Assembly (NCBI GenBank): GCA_029882355.1
Contig: JAOUKV010000004.1
Location: 65,999 to 129,998 of the forward strand
Length of the DNA stretch: 64,000 nucleotides
Direction: 5' to 3'
Source: Gammaproteobacteria bacterium
Lineage (GTDB): Bacteria > Pseudomonadota > Gammaproteobacteria > SZUA-229
Position numbers and translations under genes: made by a program. Positions 1-9,108 of the stretch are shown one piece after another; position 1 is the stretch's first letter; each line of letters starts with the position of its first letter. The notes under the pieces were generated by a model. It saw only the letters and a list, made by a program, of their open reading frames with translations, was not told the origin of the DNA and searched no databases.

Positions 1-543
1 TTTTTTGTGTTCTCAGCAGGACTATGGCCGCTATTCTTTTTATCTGCCGCTTATGTACAACGTGAAATCGCTTTACCTATGATTGTTGACCTGTCGGCAA
101 ACTGGGTACAACCTTTTCTTCATCTAAAAAATGCAAGCATAAGATTAGCAGATGAAAGGGAAAGCAACATATTTGAAAAAGATCGACTAACGCGTATCGA
201 TCTTCAAAATGGAACCTATCCCGGTTTTTCAATAATTGAAACAGTCCCAAACTGGTCAGCCTATCAGACACTCAAAATCGCCGTATATTCGAAGTTCGAT
301 CAGCCATTCAATCTAGTTTTAAGGATTCATGACATTCATCACAATCATGCTTATACTGATCGATTTAATACAATACTCACTATCAATAAAGGTACAAACT
401 ATTTTCACATTCCTTTAGAAGATATAAAAAAGGCACCTGCAAGCAGACCAATGGATATGACTCATATAAAAGACATAACATTTTTTTCAGCTCGAGCTGC
501 TAAGGGATTATATTTTTATGTAGGCGATATGCATCTAAAATGA
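1..543 (+). CDS. Hypothetical protein, probably the 3' part of a longer gene cut by the window edge
   Basis: Frame 1 is open from nt 1, and GTG at 7 is only the first in-window start. A hydrophobic stretch (LWPLFFLSAAYV) is followed by a ~150-aa soluble domain. No family recognised. Confidence 0.4.
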   Translation, partial: FFVFSAGLWPLFFLSAAYVQREIALPMIVDLSANWVQPFLHLKNASIRLADERESNIFEKDRLTRIDLQNGTYPGFSIIETVPNWSAYQTLKIAVYSKFDQPFNLVLRIHDIHHNHAYTDRFNTILTINKGTNYFHIPLEDIKKAPASRPMDMTHIKDITFFSARAAKGLYFYVGDMHLK

Positions 544-623
544 ATAAAATTCAGTCTCGACCAGTTGACAATTTATAAAATGAACAGACAATGGTTACAC
601 CAATTTAGTAAACGGAACATAAC

Positions 624-1901
624 ATGTTAAAAATAGATGAAGCAAGAGTAGGAATTATTGGTTTGGGTTATGTTGGACTGCCATTAGCCGTTGAGTTTGG
701 AAAATTAATGCCTACTGTTGGTTTTGATATCAATACTCACCGTATCGCTGAGTTGAAATCTGGCAAGGATAGCACTCTTGAGATGAATGCAATCGAGTTA
801 ACTGAATCATTGTATTTGAGCTACAGCGATCAGATTGAGGATCTTAAAACCTGTAATGTATACATTGTCACAGTACCAACACCTATAGACCGCTACAAAC
901 GCCCAGATTTAACACCACTAGAGTCAGCAAGTAGAATGCTGGGTGATGTGATAAGACAGGATGATGTCACTATTTTTGAATCCACCGTTTATCCCGGCGC
1001 CACTGAAGAAATCTGCGTCCCCATCATTGAATCCGTATCCGGCCTTACCTTTAACAAAGATTTTTATGTAGGTTATAGCCCTGAGCGTATCAATCCTGGT
1101 GATAAAGAGCACCGTGTATCAAATATTCTAAAAATAACATCGGGCTCCACACCAGAAGCTGCTGACTTCGTTGATACTTTGTATAAAAAGATTATAAAGG
1201 CCGGCACACACAAAACCAGCAACATTCGTATTGCAGAGGCTGCCAAAGCTATAGAGAATACACAGCGTGACGTAAATATAGCCCTAGTCAACGAACTTGC
1301 ATTAATTTTTAATCGACTGGATATAGATACACAGGAAGTACTGGAAGCCGCTGGCACCAAATGGAACTTCCTGCCTTTCCGACCAGGCCTTGTAGGTGGA
1401 CACTGCATAGGCATTGATCCCTATTACCTTACACACAAAGCACAGGAAATTGGTTATCACCCTGAGGTGATTCTTGCGGGTAGAAGAATCAATGACAGCA
1501 TGGGGCTTTATGTTGCCGGAGAAGTATTAAAAACGATGAATCGGGCAAGACTTCAGATCCGTGATGCGCGGATTTTGATAATGGGCCTGACTTTCAAAGA
1601 AAATTGCCCCGACATACGTAATACTCGCGTGATCGACGTGATTGATGAACTAAAGCTATCAAACACCATCGTAGATGTGTATGACCCGTGGGTGGATCGA
1701 GCAGAAGCTGAACATGAGTACGACATACATCTTGTCGACGAACCTGAGCAGGGAGTTTATGATGCAATTGTACTGGCAGTTGCTCATCAACGATTTAAAG
1801 ACCTTGGCGTCGATGGTATTCGTGCTTTTGGAAAAGCCGAGTGCATATTGTACGATGTTAAAAACACACTGCCTGCTAGCAAGGTTGATGGCCGACTCTA
1901 A
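624..1901 (+). CDS. Nucleotide-sugar 6-dehydrogenase (UDP-glucose/GDP-mannose dehydrogenase superfamily, closest by eye to the TviB/WbpO/CapL UDP-HexNAc dehydrogenase group)
   Basis: 425 aa. N-terminal Rossmann motif [11 protein letters not shown], catalytic-Cys context [12 protein letters not shown], and a C-terminal UDP-binding domain pattern. Confidence 0.9.
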   Translation: MLKIDEARVGIIGLGYVGLPLAVEFGKLMPTVGFDINTHRIAELKSGKDSTLEMNAIELTESLYLSYSDQIEDLKTCNVYIVTVPTPIDRYKRPDLTPLESASRMLGDVIRQDDVTIFESTVYPGATEEICVPIIESVSGLTFNKDFYVGYSPERINPGDKEHRVSNILKITSGSTPEAADFVDTLYKKIIKAGTHKTSNIRIAEAAKAIENTQRDVNIALVNELALIFNRLDIDTQEVLEAAGTKWNFLPFRPGLVGGHCIGIDPYYLTHKAQEIGYHPEVILAGRRINDSMGLYVAGEVLKTMNRARLQIRDARILIMGLTFKENCPDIRNTRVIDVIDELKLSNTIVDVYDPWVDRAEAEHEYDIHLVDEPEQGVYDAIVLAVAHQRFKDLGVDGIRAFGKAECILYDVKNTLPASKVDGRL

Positions 1902-1905
1902 AAAG

Positions 1906-1930
1906 AACACTTCGAAAATCGTGTTTTTTT
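1906..1930 (+). terminator. Weak rho-independent terminator candidate after the dehydrogenase gene
   Basis: AACAC (1906-1910) pairs with GTGTT (1921-1925) and runs into a T7 tract. The stem is short and the loop is 10 nt, so this is weak. Confidence 0.3.
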
Positions 1931-2086
1931 GCTCGTTAATGACTTCTTATCATGGGATATAAGCATATACTGTGATACTAAATTTTCCGTTAATCCATTA
2001 CAATTAAACTCATTCAATGACAAATTTAATTTGTTACGTCTTACACTACATAAATGAACCAAATAGCAGTATTTCAAGGATAGCTC

Positions 2087-3508
2087 ATGAGTACAGTCAG
2101 ATTTTTCCGCCATTCTACCCAGTTGTTCCGTTATCACGTTCCTACCGAGTTTGTACTGCTAGCATTCATTGAATTTCTGGTATTAATGCTATCACTCTAT
2201 CTGGCATTAGAAATTCGACATTTTGACAGTGACTTGACAAAATCTTTAGGCACCTTTTTACCCAGGGCTTTTCTTTATGCCATAATAATGCAGTTAAGCT
2301 TAGTGGCATTTGGCGTTTATCAGCGACAAACCGGGCGATTTTTTAAGGCTCTTATATTACGTATTGCTAGCGGCTTATTGCTAGGTTTAATTCCCCTCGG
2401 TGTCAGCTTTTATCTTGCACCTACATTATTTCTTGGCCGTGGCGTTCTTGCACTTTCCGTATTTTTTAGCTTTATCTTCATTGCGTTAATTCGCCTGTAT
2501 TTTCGAAAGGTGGTTAAAGAACACAATATGTGGTCGCGAATTCTGGTGCTTGGTTCAGGAGAAAATGCGAATTTGGTCAAGGCGGCACAAAGGGAAGGAG
2601 AACTGAGAGGACTTAACATTATCAACTTCGTATCCTTGCCTGGGGACAACACAGGTGAACTTCAAGAAGAAGCAATCACTTTAAATAAACAATTAATACA
2701 ATATGTTCAGGAAAAAGATATTGATGAGATTGTACTGGCTATGGATGATCGTCGCACCGCTCAAATTCCACCTAAGGACCTTCTTGACTGTAAAATGAGT
2801 GGCATCGACATACTCGACATGGTTACCTTTTTTGAAAGACGAACAGGTAAAATTCGCCTCGACATAATGAGTCCGAGTTGGCTATATCTTTCTGAAGGGT
2901 TTTATGAGAGCACATTCCGAAATTTGGGAAAACGCATTTTTGACATCGTCATTGTACTGCTCTTTCTTCCAGTGGCTCTCCCCATTATGTTACTGGTCAC
3001 CCTGGCTATTTTAATTGAAAGTCGTGGTAGAGGCGCTATATTCTATAACCAGACACGAGTTAAACAATTTGGTGAGCCATTTCAGATTTACAAATTTCGT
3101 AGCATGGTGAGCGATGCGGAAAAGGATGGGGTCGCTCGCTGGGCCTCAAAAAACGACTCACGCATTACTCGCGTCGGCTCAATATTACGTAAGGGAAGGC
3201 TGGATGAATTACCCCAACTTTTTAACGTTCTAAAGGGTGACATGAGTTTTGTTGGCCCCCGACCTGAGCGCCCAGAATTCGTTGAAAGGCTATCCCAAAA
3301 AATACCCTATTATGATGAACGCCATCGAGTAAAACCTGGGCTAACAGGTTGGGCACAAATCTCCTACTCCTATGCTGATACTGAAGATGACACTATTGAG
3401 AAACTTCAGTATGACCTTTACTATGTAAAAAACTACAGCATATACCTTGATTTGTTAATTTTATTACAAACAGTTGAAGTTGTTCTACTGAGCAAAGGCG
3501 CACAATAA
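2087..3508 (+). CDS. Undecaprenyl-phosphate sugar-1-phosphate (priming) transferase, EpsB-type of PEP-CTERM loci
   Basis: 473 aa. Four to five N-terminal TM helices, a central Rossmann-like linker, and a C-terminal bacterial sugar transferase domain (PQLFNVLKGDMSFVGPRPERPEF). AAGGA RBS sits before the ATG. Confidence 0.85.
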   Translation: MSTVRFFRHSTQLFRYHVPTEFVLLAFIEFLVLMLSLYLALEIRHFDSDLTKSLGTFLPRAFLYAIIMQLSLVAFGVYQRQTGRFFKALILRIASGLLLGLIPLGVSFYLAPTLFLGRGVLALSVFFSFIFIALIRLYFRKVVKEHNMWSRILVLGSGENANLVKAAQREGELRGLNIINFVSLPGDNTGELQEEAITLNKQLIQYVQEKDIDEIVLAMDDRRTAQIPPKDLLDCKMSGIDILDMVTFFERRTGKIRLDIMSPSWLYLSEGFYESTFRNLGKRIFDIVIVLLFLPVALPIMLLVTLAILIESRGRGAIFYNQTRVKQFGEPFQIYKFRSMVSDAEKDGVARWASKNDSRITRVGSILRKGRLDELPQLFNVLKGDMSFVGPRPERPEFVERLSQKIPYYDERHRVKPGLTGWAQISYSYADTEDDTIEKLQYDLYYVKNYSIYLDLLILLQTVEVVLLSKGAQ

Positions 3509-3633
3509 GTCATTATATTCCGGTTTATTAGCGCCAAATCATGAGCAGGAACTTGATTTATAGGTTATATTTTGAGCACCGTTAACGTCTAAGAAACATG
3601 TAAAATAAGACCACTATATAATCGGGGTATTTT

Positions 3634-3975
3634 ATGAAATTTAATTATTCGAAGATTCTAATTGCATTGTGTGCAGTATTACATCTATCCGGCTGTGGTG
3701 AAGACAGCAGCGACTCAGGTACTGTAACACTAGACTGGGCTCCGCCCGTAGAACGAGCTGATGGGACGGCATTCCTACCATCAGACATTGGCGGCTATAG
3801 AGTGTATTACGGTACAACATCAGGTGACTACCCTAACAGACTCAACATTATTGATAGTACAGCTCAAACAGCCACTGTAACAGCGGTGCATGGGCTTTAT
3901 TATTATGTTATTACAAGCTTTGATACAGCAGGTCGTGAAAGTGATTTTTCATTAGAATCCAGTATAAACATCTAA
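3634..3975 (+). CDS. Small lipoprotein with a single fibronectin-type-III-like domain
   Basis: 113 aa. Signal peptide with lipobox LSGC, then the FN3-like pattern LDWAPP...GGYRVYYGTTSGDYPN...YYYVITSFDTAGRES. Confidence 0.6.
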   Translation: MKFNYSKILIALCAVLHLSGCGEDSSDSGTVTLDWAPPVERADGTAFLPSDIGGYRVYYGTTSGDYPNRLNIIDSTAQTATVTAVHGLYYYVITSFDTAGRESDFSLESSINI

Positions 3976-4066
3976 TAATCTTTTAAATTAATACCGCTGA
4001 TAAAACATCGATTGAGAAGACGGTTAAAACCGCTGTCATCATGAATTTTGCATTATTAAATAGATA

Positions 4067-6127
4067 ATGAATCTGGGACTTTACAGCTATCTGGGCGCAG
4101 CTATCGCCTACGGCCTTTTCACGTTTCTACTATTTTTTAGTTGGCGTGGCAGTCTACAAGGCAAATTTCTTACCATTGTTACCGCTATTAGCGCTATTTG
4201 GGCTAGCCTTGCAGCCTATATCTCTACCGAAACCTCTCATCAGATCCCGACCTACCAGGTATTTGAAGTCTTACGTTATATTGTCTGGTATATTTTTCTA
4301 CTCAAACTGTTTGATGCGGCCAAGTCTCAAAGTAGCAGTTATCACCGTTTTATAAAACAGGCGATGGTACTTAGTGTGGGCTTGGCTACACTGGTTATAT
4401 TTACTGAAACGTATCTGCAATCAGGTATTTCTGCTCTGGCTATTATCGGCCATGTAATTATGGCACTTATTGGTATGGTGCTTATTGAGCAGCTGTTTCG
4501 TAATACTTCGGTTCGACACCGCTGGTCCATTAAATATCTTTTCATTGGCGCCGGCATCATATTTACCTATGACTTTTATCTTTACACTGATGCTTTATTG
4601 TTTCGCGGCATGGATGCTGAGTTGTGGGAAGCTCGCGGTATTATTAATTTAGTCGTGATTCCCCTGCTGGTCATTTCAGCCATACGCAGCAAAAACTGGG
4701 CACTCAATATTTTTGTTTCACGTGATATCGCCCTCACTACTACTGCCATTTTTTTCGGTGGCGCGTACCTTCTGGTAATGGCCAGCGCCGGCTATTACCT
4801 CAGAGAATATGGTGGTAGCTGGGGCCGAATTTGGCAAGTTTTATTTTTATCACTGGCCGTGGTTCTACTTGCATCAATTCTATCCTCAATACAACTTAGA
4901 GCAAAAATCAGGGTCTTTCTTGGTAAACATTTTTATAAAAATAAATATGATTACCGGATTGAATGGCTAGGGTTAACTGAAAAATTAACCAGCAATGCAC
5001 AGAGTGGTGAGCGTTATAAGGCAGCCATTGAAGCACTTGCCAACATTGTCGACGCACGTGCCGGTTTGCTTTGGTTGCGTGACGATCAAGCCGGTTATAA
5101 AAATGTCGCTGCCTGGCATACAATGGCTATAAATGAAGACAAACCAAATAACAGCTCACTGGTGAATTATTTTAAATCCAAAGGTTTCATTATTAACTTA
5201 AATGAGCTTGATTTGAACCCAGAGGAATATGAGGGTTTAGTACCACCTGAATGGCTGGAAAAAGTGATGCACCCCTGGTTGATTTTACCATTGCAAGGCA
5301 TGGAATCATTGATAGGCTTCGTTGTTCTCTCTAATCCGCTGGTAGCTAGAACCATTAACTGGGAGGATAGAGATTTATTAATAACAGCAGCCAAACAGGT
5401 ATCCAGTTATCTTACGGTGCTAATGACATCAGATGCCCTTGCCGAAGCCAAGCAGTTTGAGGTATTCACAAGATTGTCTGCTTATATGGTGCACGACCTA
5501 AAAAATATTGCGTCCGAACTTGAAATGGTGTCACGCAACTCTAAGAAACACATGAGCAATCCAGAATTTATTGAGGATGCCTTTGACACAGTTGACAATG
5601 CCGCCAGTGATATAAAAAGATTACTCGAGCAGCTACGTAATAAACAGGCTTCTGTGGAGAAAAAAAGTATTATTAATTTAGCTGATTTAGTTCAGGAAGT
5701 TGTCAATAATAAACAAAGTCAAAGCCCACAACCTAAATTGAAAGCACCCGATCAAGCCTGTTTTGTAGCAGCCGAGAAAAATCGACTGGCAAATGTGCTG
5801 GCGCATTTGATAGACAATGCACAGCAGGCGACAGAAAATAATGGCTCAATTCATGTCACAATATCAAGCAATCAATCTATGCACACCATTGAAATCAATG
5901 ATAATGGTCACGGCATGGATGAAATTTTTATCAGGGATAGGCTGTTCAAGCCTTTTGACACAACCAAGGGCAATGCCGGAATGGGAATAGGCATGCATGA
6001 AAGCAGGGAGTTCATGCAACAACTCGGTGGTGACATTCGCGTTCAGAGCAAAGTTGGGCAAGGCTCGGCAATTTCTCTACATATCCCTATAATCGATAAA
6101 CCTGAAAACGCGACCGAGAATATTTAA
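4067..6127 (+). CDS. prsK: PEP-CTERM system sensor histidine kinase PrsK
   Basis: 686 aa. Polytopic N-terminal membrane domain (~290 aa), central GAF-like region, H-box SAYMVHDLKN, and HATPase boxes (HLIDNAQQA, DNGHGM, GMGIGM). It lies directly upstream of prsR and xrtA. Confidence 0.85.
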   Translation: MNLGLYSYLGAAIAYGLFTFLLFFSWRGSLQGKFLTIVTAISAIWASLAAYISTETSHQIPTYQVFEVLRYIVWYIFLLKLFDAAKSQSSSYHRFIKQAMVLSVGLATLVIFTETYLQSGISALAIIGHVIMALIGMVLIEQLFRNTSVRHRWSIKYLFIGAGIIFTYDFYLYTDALLFRGMDAELWEARGIINLVVIPLLVISAIRSKNWALNIFVSRDIALTTTAIFFGGAYLLVMASAGYYLREYGGSWGRIWQVLFLSLAVVLLASILSSIQLRAKIRVFLGKHFYKNKYDYRIEWLGLTEKLTSNAQSGERYKAAIEALANIVDARAGLLWLRDDQAGYKNVAAWHTMAINEDKPNNSSLVNYFKSKGFIINLNELDLNPEEYEGLVPPEWLEKVMHPWLILPLQGMESLIGFVVLSNPLVARTINWEDRDLLITAAKQVSSYLTVLMTSDALAEAKQFEVFTRLSAYMVHDLKNIASELEMVSRNSKKHMSNPEFIEDAFDTVDNAASDIKRLLEQLRNKQASVEKKSIINLADLVQEVVNNKQSQSPQPKLKAPDQACFVAAEKNRLANVLAHLIDNAQQATENNGSIHVTISSNQSMHTIEINDNGHGMDEIFIRDRLFKPFDTTKGNAGMGIGMHESREFMQQLGGDIRVQSKVGQGSAISLHIPIIDKPENATENI

Positions 6128-6169
6128 TTCAATTTCATACTTATGTTTCTAAGGATCTAGATTTCGGAT

Positions 6170-7537
6170 ATGACTGACACGACATTAAAACCACTACTGG
6201 TAGTTGAAGACAATCCAGGCTTGCAGAAACAACTCAAATGGGCTTTTGATGGATATCAAATATATATTGCCAGCGAAAGAGTTTCAGCTATTGAGCTGCT
6301 TAAGCAACATAAAACACCGGTAGTGACGCTGGATCTTGGTTTGCCTCCAGATCCAACCAATGCCAGTGAAGGTTTGGCCACGCTTGACGAAATTCTTGCC
6401 ATTGCGCCTCACACAAAAGTAATTGTGGTGACGGGCAATGATGATAAACAAAATGCCCTAAAGGCCATCTCGCTGGGAGCATATGATTTCTACCAGAAAC
6501 CAATTGAGCCTGAAATGCTTAGCTTAATAGTAAATCGTGCATATAGCCTGTATGAACTGGAAGAAGAAAACCGCCTGCTTGCTTCACAGAGCTCTTCCTC
6601 CGGTCTGGATGGCATTTATGGCACAAGCCCAAAAATGCTCGCTGCCTGTCATATGGTAGAAAAAGTTGGCCCTTCAGAGGCAACCACTCTGGTGATCGGA
6701 GAAAGCGGGACTGGTAAAGAGTTGATTGCACGTGCACTACATCAATTAAATCCACGAGCCAAAAAATCGTTTATTGCTCTAAACTGCGCAGCAATCCCAG
6801 ATAACCTTCTTGAAAGTGAACTATTTGGTTATGAAAAAGGAGCCTTTACAGGGGCAGTGAAACAGACACCGGGTAGAATCGAAGTTGCGAACGGCGGCAC
6901 AATTTTTCTCGATGAAATTGGCGATATGCCCATGCCACTACAGGCCAAGATGCTACGATTTTTACAAGAACGTGTTATTGAGCGTATTGGTGGTCGCGAA
7001 ACTATAGCAGTAGATGTCCGGATAATCTGTGCAACACATCGTAATCTAAGACAGTTAATTGAAGACAATTTATTTCGTGAAGATTTATATTATAGAATCA
7101 GTGAGATCACCATTGAAGCGCCTCCTTTGAGAGATCGAGAAGGCGACAAATTGCTGCTTGCGCAGATTTTTCTCGATAAATTCAGCCAGAAAAATGGTCG
7201 TAGCTTTAGAGGTTTTACTGATAGTGCACGAGCAGAGATTAATAACTATGCGTGGCCAGGCAATGTACGTGAACTGGAAAATAAAATTAAACGTTCAGTG
7301 GTGCTAGCAGATGGCAAAAGGATTTCCTCCGAAGACCTTGGTTTTGCTGAAAACATTAAGCCACTGTCACTTAATCTTCGTGAAGCCAGAGAAAACGCCG
7401 AACGCCAGATCATACAGCGTGCACTTGAAATCTATGATAACAATGTTACTCATGCGTCAGAAGCCATGGGAATCAGCCGCCCCTCATTGTACAAACTTGT
7501 TAAAAAATTAGGCATGCCGGAGCCGGGTAAATTGTGA
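6170..7537 (+). CDS. prsR: PEP-CTERM system sigma-54-dependent response regulator PrsR
   Basis: 455 aa. Receiver domain (LLVVEDNP...VVTLDLGLPP), AAA+ core with Walker A GESGTGKE and the sigma-54 contact loop GAFTGA (EKGAFTGAV), and a C-terminal Fis-type HTH. Confidence 0.9.
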   Translation: MTDTTLKPLLVVEDNPGLQKQLKWAFDGYQIYIASERVSAIELLKQHKTPVVTLDLGLPPDPTNASEGLATLDEILAIAPHTKVIVVTGNDDKQNALKAISLGAYDFYQKPIEPEMLSLIVNRAYSLYELEEENRLLASQSSSSGLDGIYGTSPKMLAACHMVEKVGPSEATTLVIGESGTGKELIARALHQLNPRAKKSFIALNCAAIPDNLLESELFGYEKGAFTGAVKQTPGRIEVANGGTIFLDEIGDMPMPLQAKMLRFLQERVIERIGGRETIAVDVRIICATHRNLRQLIEDNLFREDLYYRISEITIEAPPLRDREGDKLLLAQIFLDKFSQKNGRSFRGFTDSARAEINNYAWPGNVRELENKIKRSVVLADGKRISSEDLGFAENIKPLSLNLREARENAERQIIQRALEIYDNNVTHASEAMGISRPSLYKLVKKLGMPEPGKL

Positions 7538-9075
7538 ACACCAGACAAGCAAGGCAAGCCTGGCCTTTTGCCGGACTGCTCATTTTGATGTTGTTAATAC
7601 TAACGCTATTGCTGTACCAGCACACTGCGTTATATCTTATCAGATTGTGGAACAACCTTGACGTCGGCGAGTATGCACATGGCTACCTAGTACTCGCTAT
7701 CAGCGCATATCTAATATATAGCCTGAAGAATAAATTATCTACTTTGACACCCTGCCCCGAGCATCGCGCACTAATACTGGTAATAAGCGCAAGCATGCTC
7801 TGGATGATATCTGCACTGATTGATATTGAGGTATTACAGGCTTTATCTCTTCTTATATTGGTGTTTGCGATTATTTGGTCAATGCTAGGCAATCAAGTGA
7901 TTAGGTTATTAGCCTTTCCAATTTTATTTATCATTTTCGCTATTCCTATTTGGTTTCCACTGTCTTCTTTTTTGCAGAACATCACTGCTGACGCAGTATT
8001 TGGCGCTATAAGACTGCTTAGCATTCCGGCATTTCGTCAGGACAACATAATTGTACTACCAGCCGGCTCACTATCTATCGAAGAAGCGTGCAGTGGTTTA
8101 CGTTATTTATTGGCCGCACTAACATTAGGCACTCTTTATGCCTACATGAATTATTTCAGTTTACGTGCACGTTTAACTGTTGTACTAGTTACTGCATGTT
8201 CTGCAGTGGTGGCTAATATACTTCGAGTTTTTATTGTGGTTTATCTAGGCTATACAACAGAAATGCAGCACCCACTCGTCGATGACCACCTAACTCTGGG
8301 CTGGTACTTATTTGCTGGACTCATAGTCATTTTATTATTCGTTGACACATGGTTATATAAAAAACAGGCGCTTTCCCAAACGGGTGGAGAGCCGAAACAG
8401 GCAGAAGTTAAAGAAGAATCGTGCATACAAAACCACTTCCACTACATCTCGTTTGCTTCAATAACAGGTCTGTTAGTATTTATTGCTCCTGTAGCGGTCT
8501 ACATGACTAGCATACCCTCTACGATTACGACGGAATCAATCGCGCCAAAATTACCACATAACGCGGAAGAATGGGTGCAAACGCCTGCAAACAGCAATAA
8601 CTGGATTCCTGATTATCACGGCGCAATTCATCAGAAGCAAACATACCAAAAGAACAATAGAACGGTAGAACTGTACATCGGATATTATCCTACTCAAAAA
8701 CAGGGTGAGGAACTGATCAGCGACCTCAACCGCATTGATACTAGGAGCCAGTGGCAGACTATTTATCCGAGACCGATATTACAAAACATAGAAGAACGGC
8801 AGGTGCTTGAGCAGGTGCTTGATAATGACGCAAAAAAACAACGAGTGGTATGGTATTGGTATAATGTAGCAGGAACAGTTACGACCAATAAATACGAAGC
8901 AAAAATCCTACAGGCTCTTGGTTTGTTGGACGGCAAAACCTGGGGGTTCGTCATGGCTGTTGCCACAGATATGAGCGATGATATTGATTTTACTCGACAG
9001 GTTATGAAAGACTTCATACTTTCAATACAAAAGCCTATGGAAAATGAGATTATACTAATATCTGGTCATCACTAA
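7534..9075 (+). CDS. xrtA: Exosortase A (XrtA) fused to an EpsI-family domain
   Basis: 513 aa. The GTG start overlaps the prsR stop (GTGA, 7534-7537). The polytopic N-terminal ~290 aa carries the exosortase Cys context EEACSGLRYL and Arg context ANILRVF. An extra TM helix is followed by a ~200-aa soluble EpsI-like C-terminal domain. Confidence 0.85.
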   Translation: MNTRQARQAWPFAGLLILMLLILTLLLYQHTALYLIRLWNNLDVGEYAHGYLVLAISAYLIYSLKNKLSTLTPCPEHRALILVISASMLWMISALIDIEVLQALSLLILVFAIIWSMLGNQVIRLLAFPILFIIFAIPIWFPLSSFLQNITADAVFGAIRLLSIPAFRQDNIIVLPAGSLSIEEACSGLRYLLAALTLGTLYAYMNYFSLRARLTVVLVTACSAVVANILRVFIVVYLGYTTEMQHPLVDDHLTLGWYLFAGLIVILLFVDTWLYKKQALSQTGGEPKQAEVKEESCIQNHFHYISFASITGLLVFIAPVAVYMTSIPSTITTESIAPKLPHNAEEWVQTPANSNNWIPDYHGAIHQKQTYQKNNRTVELYIGYYPTQKQGEELISDLNRIDTRSQWQTIYPRPILQNIEERQVLEQVLDNDAKKQRVVWYWYNVAGTVTTNKYEAKILQALGLLDGKTWGFVMAVATDMSDDIDFTRQVMKDFILSIQKPMENEIILISGHH

Positions 9076-9108
9076 ATTCGACAATAAGATATGCAGCAAG
9101 GAGAAATT

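Noticed and set aside
565-593. TTGACA hexamer (565-570) as a sigma-70 -35 box for the dehydrogenase gene.
   Set aside because: The hexamer 17 nt downstream (ACAATG) is a poor -10, so this cannot be supported from sequence alone.
1073-1414. 113-aa antisense ORF inside the dehydrogenase gene. Similar 60-124-aa antisense or alternative-frame ORFs occur across the window, e.g. 22722-23081, 29530-29862, 38946-39269, 40021-40323, 57339-57641, 59060-59365 and 59976-60350.
   Set aside because: All are nested in longer ORFs with clear family motifs. They lack RBS and recognisable domains and show the biased composition of out-of-frame translation.
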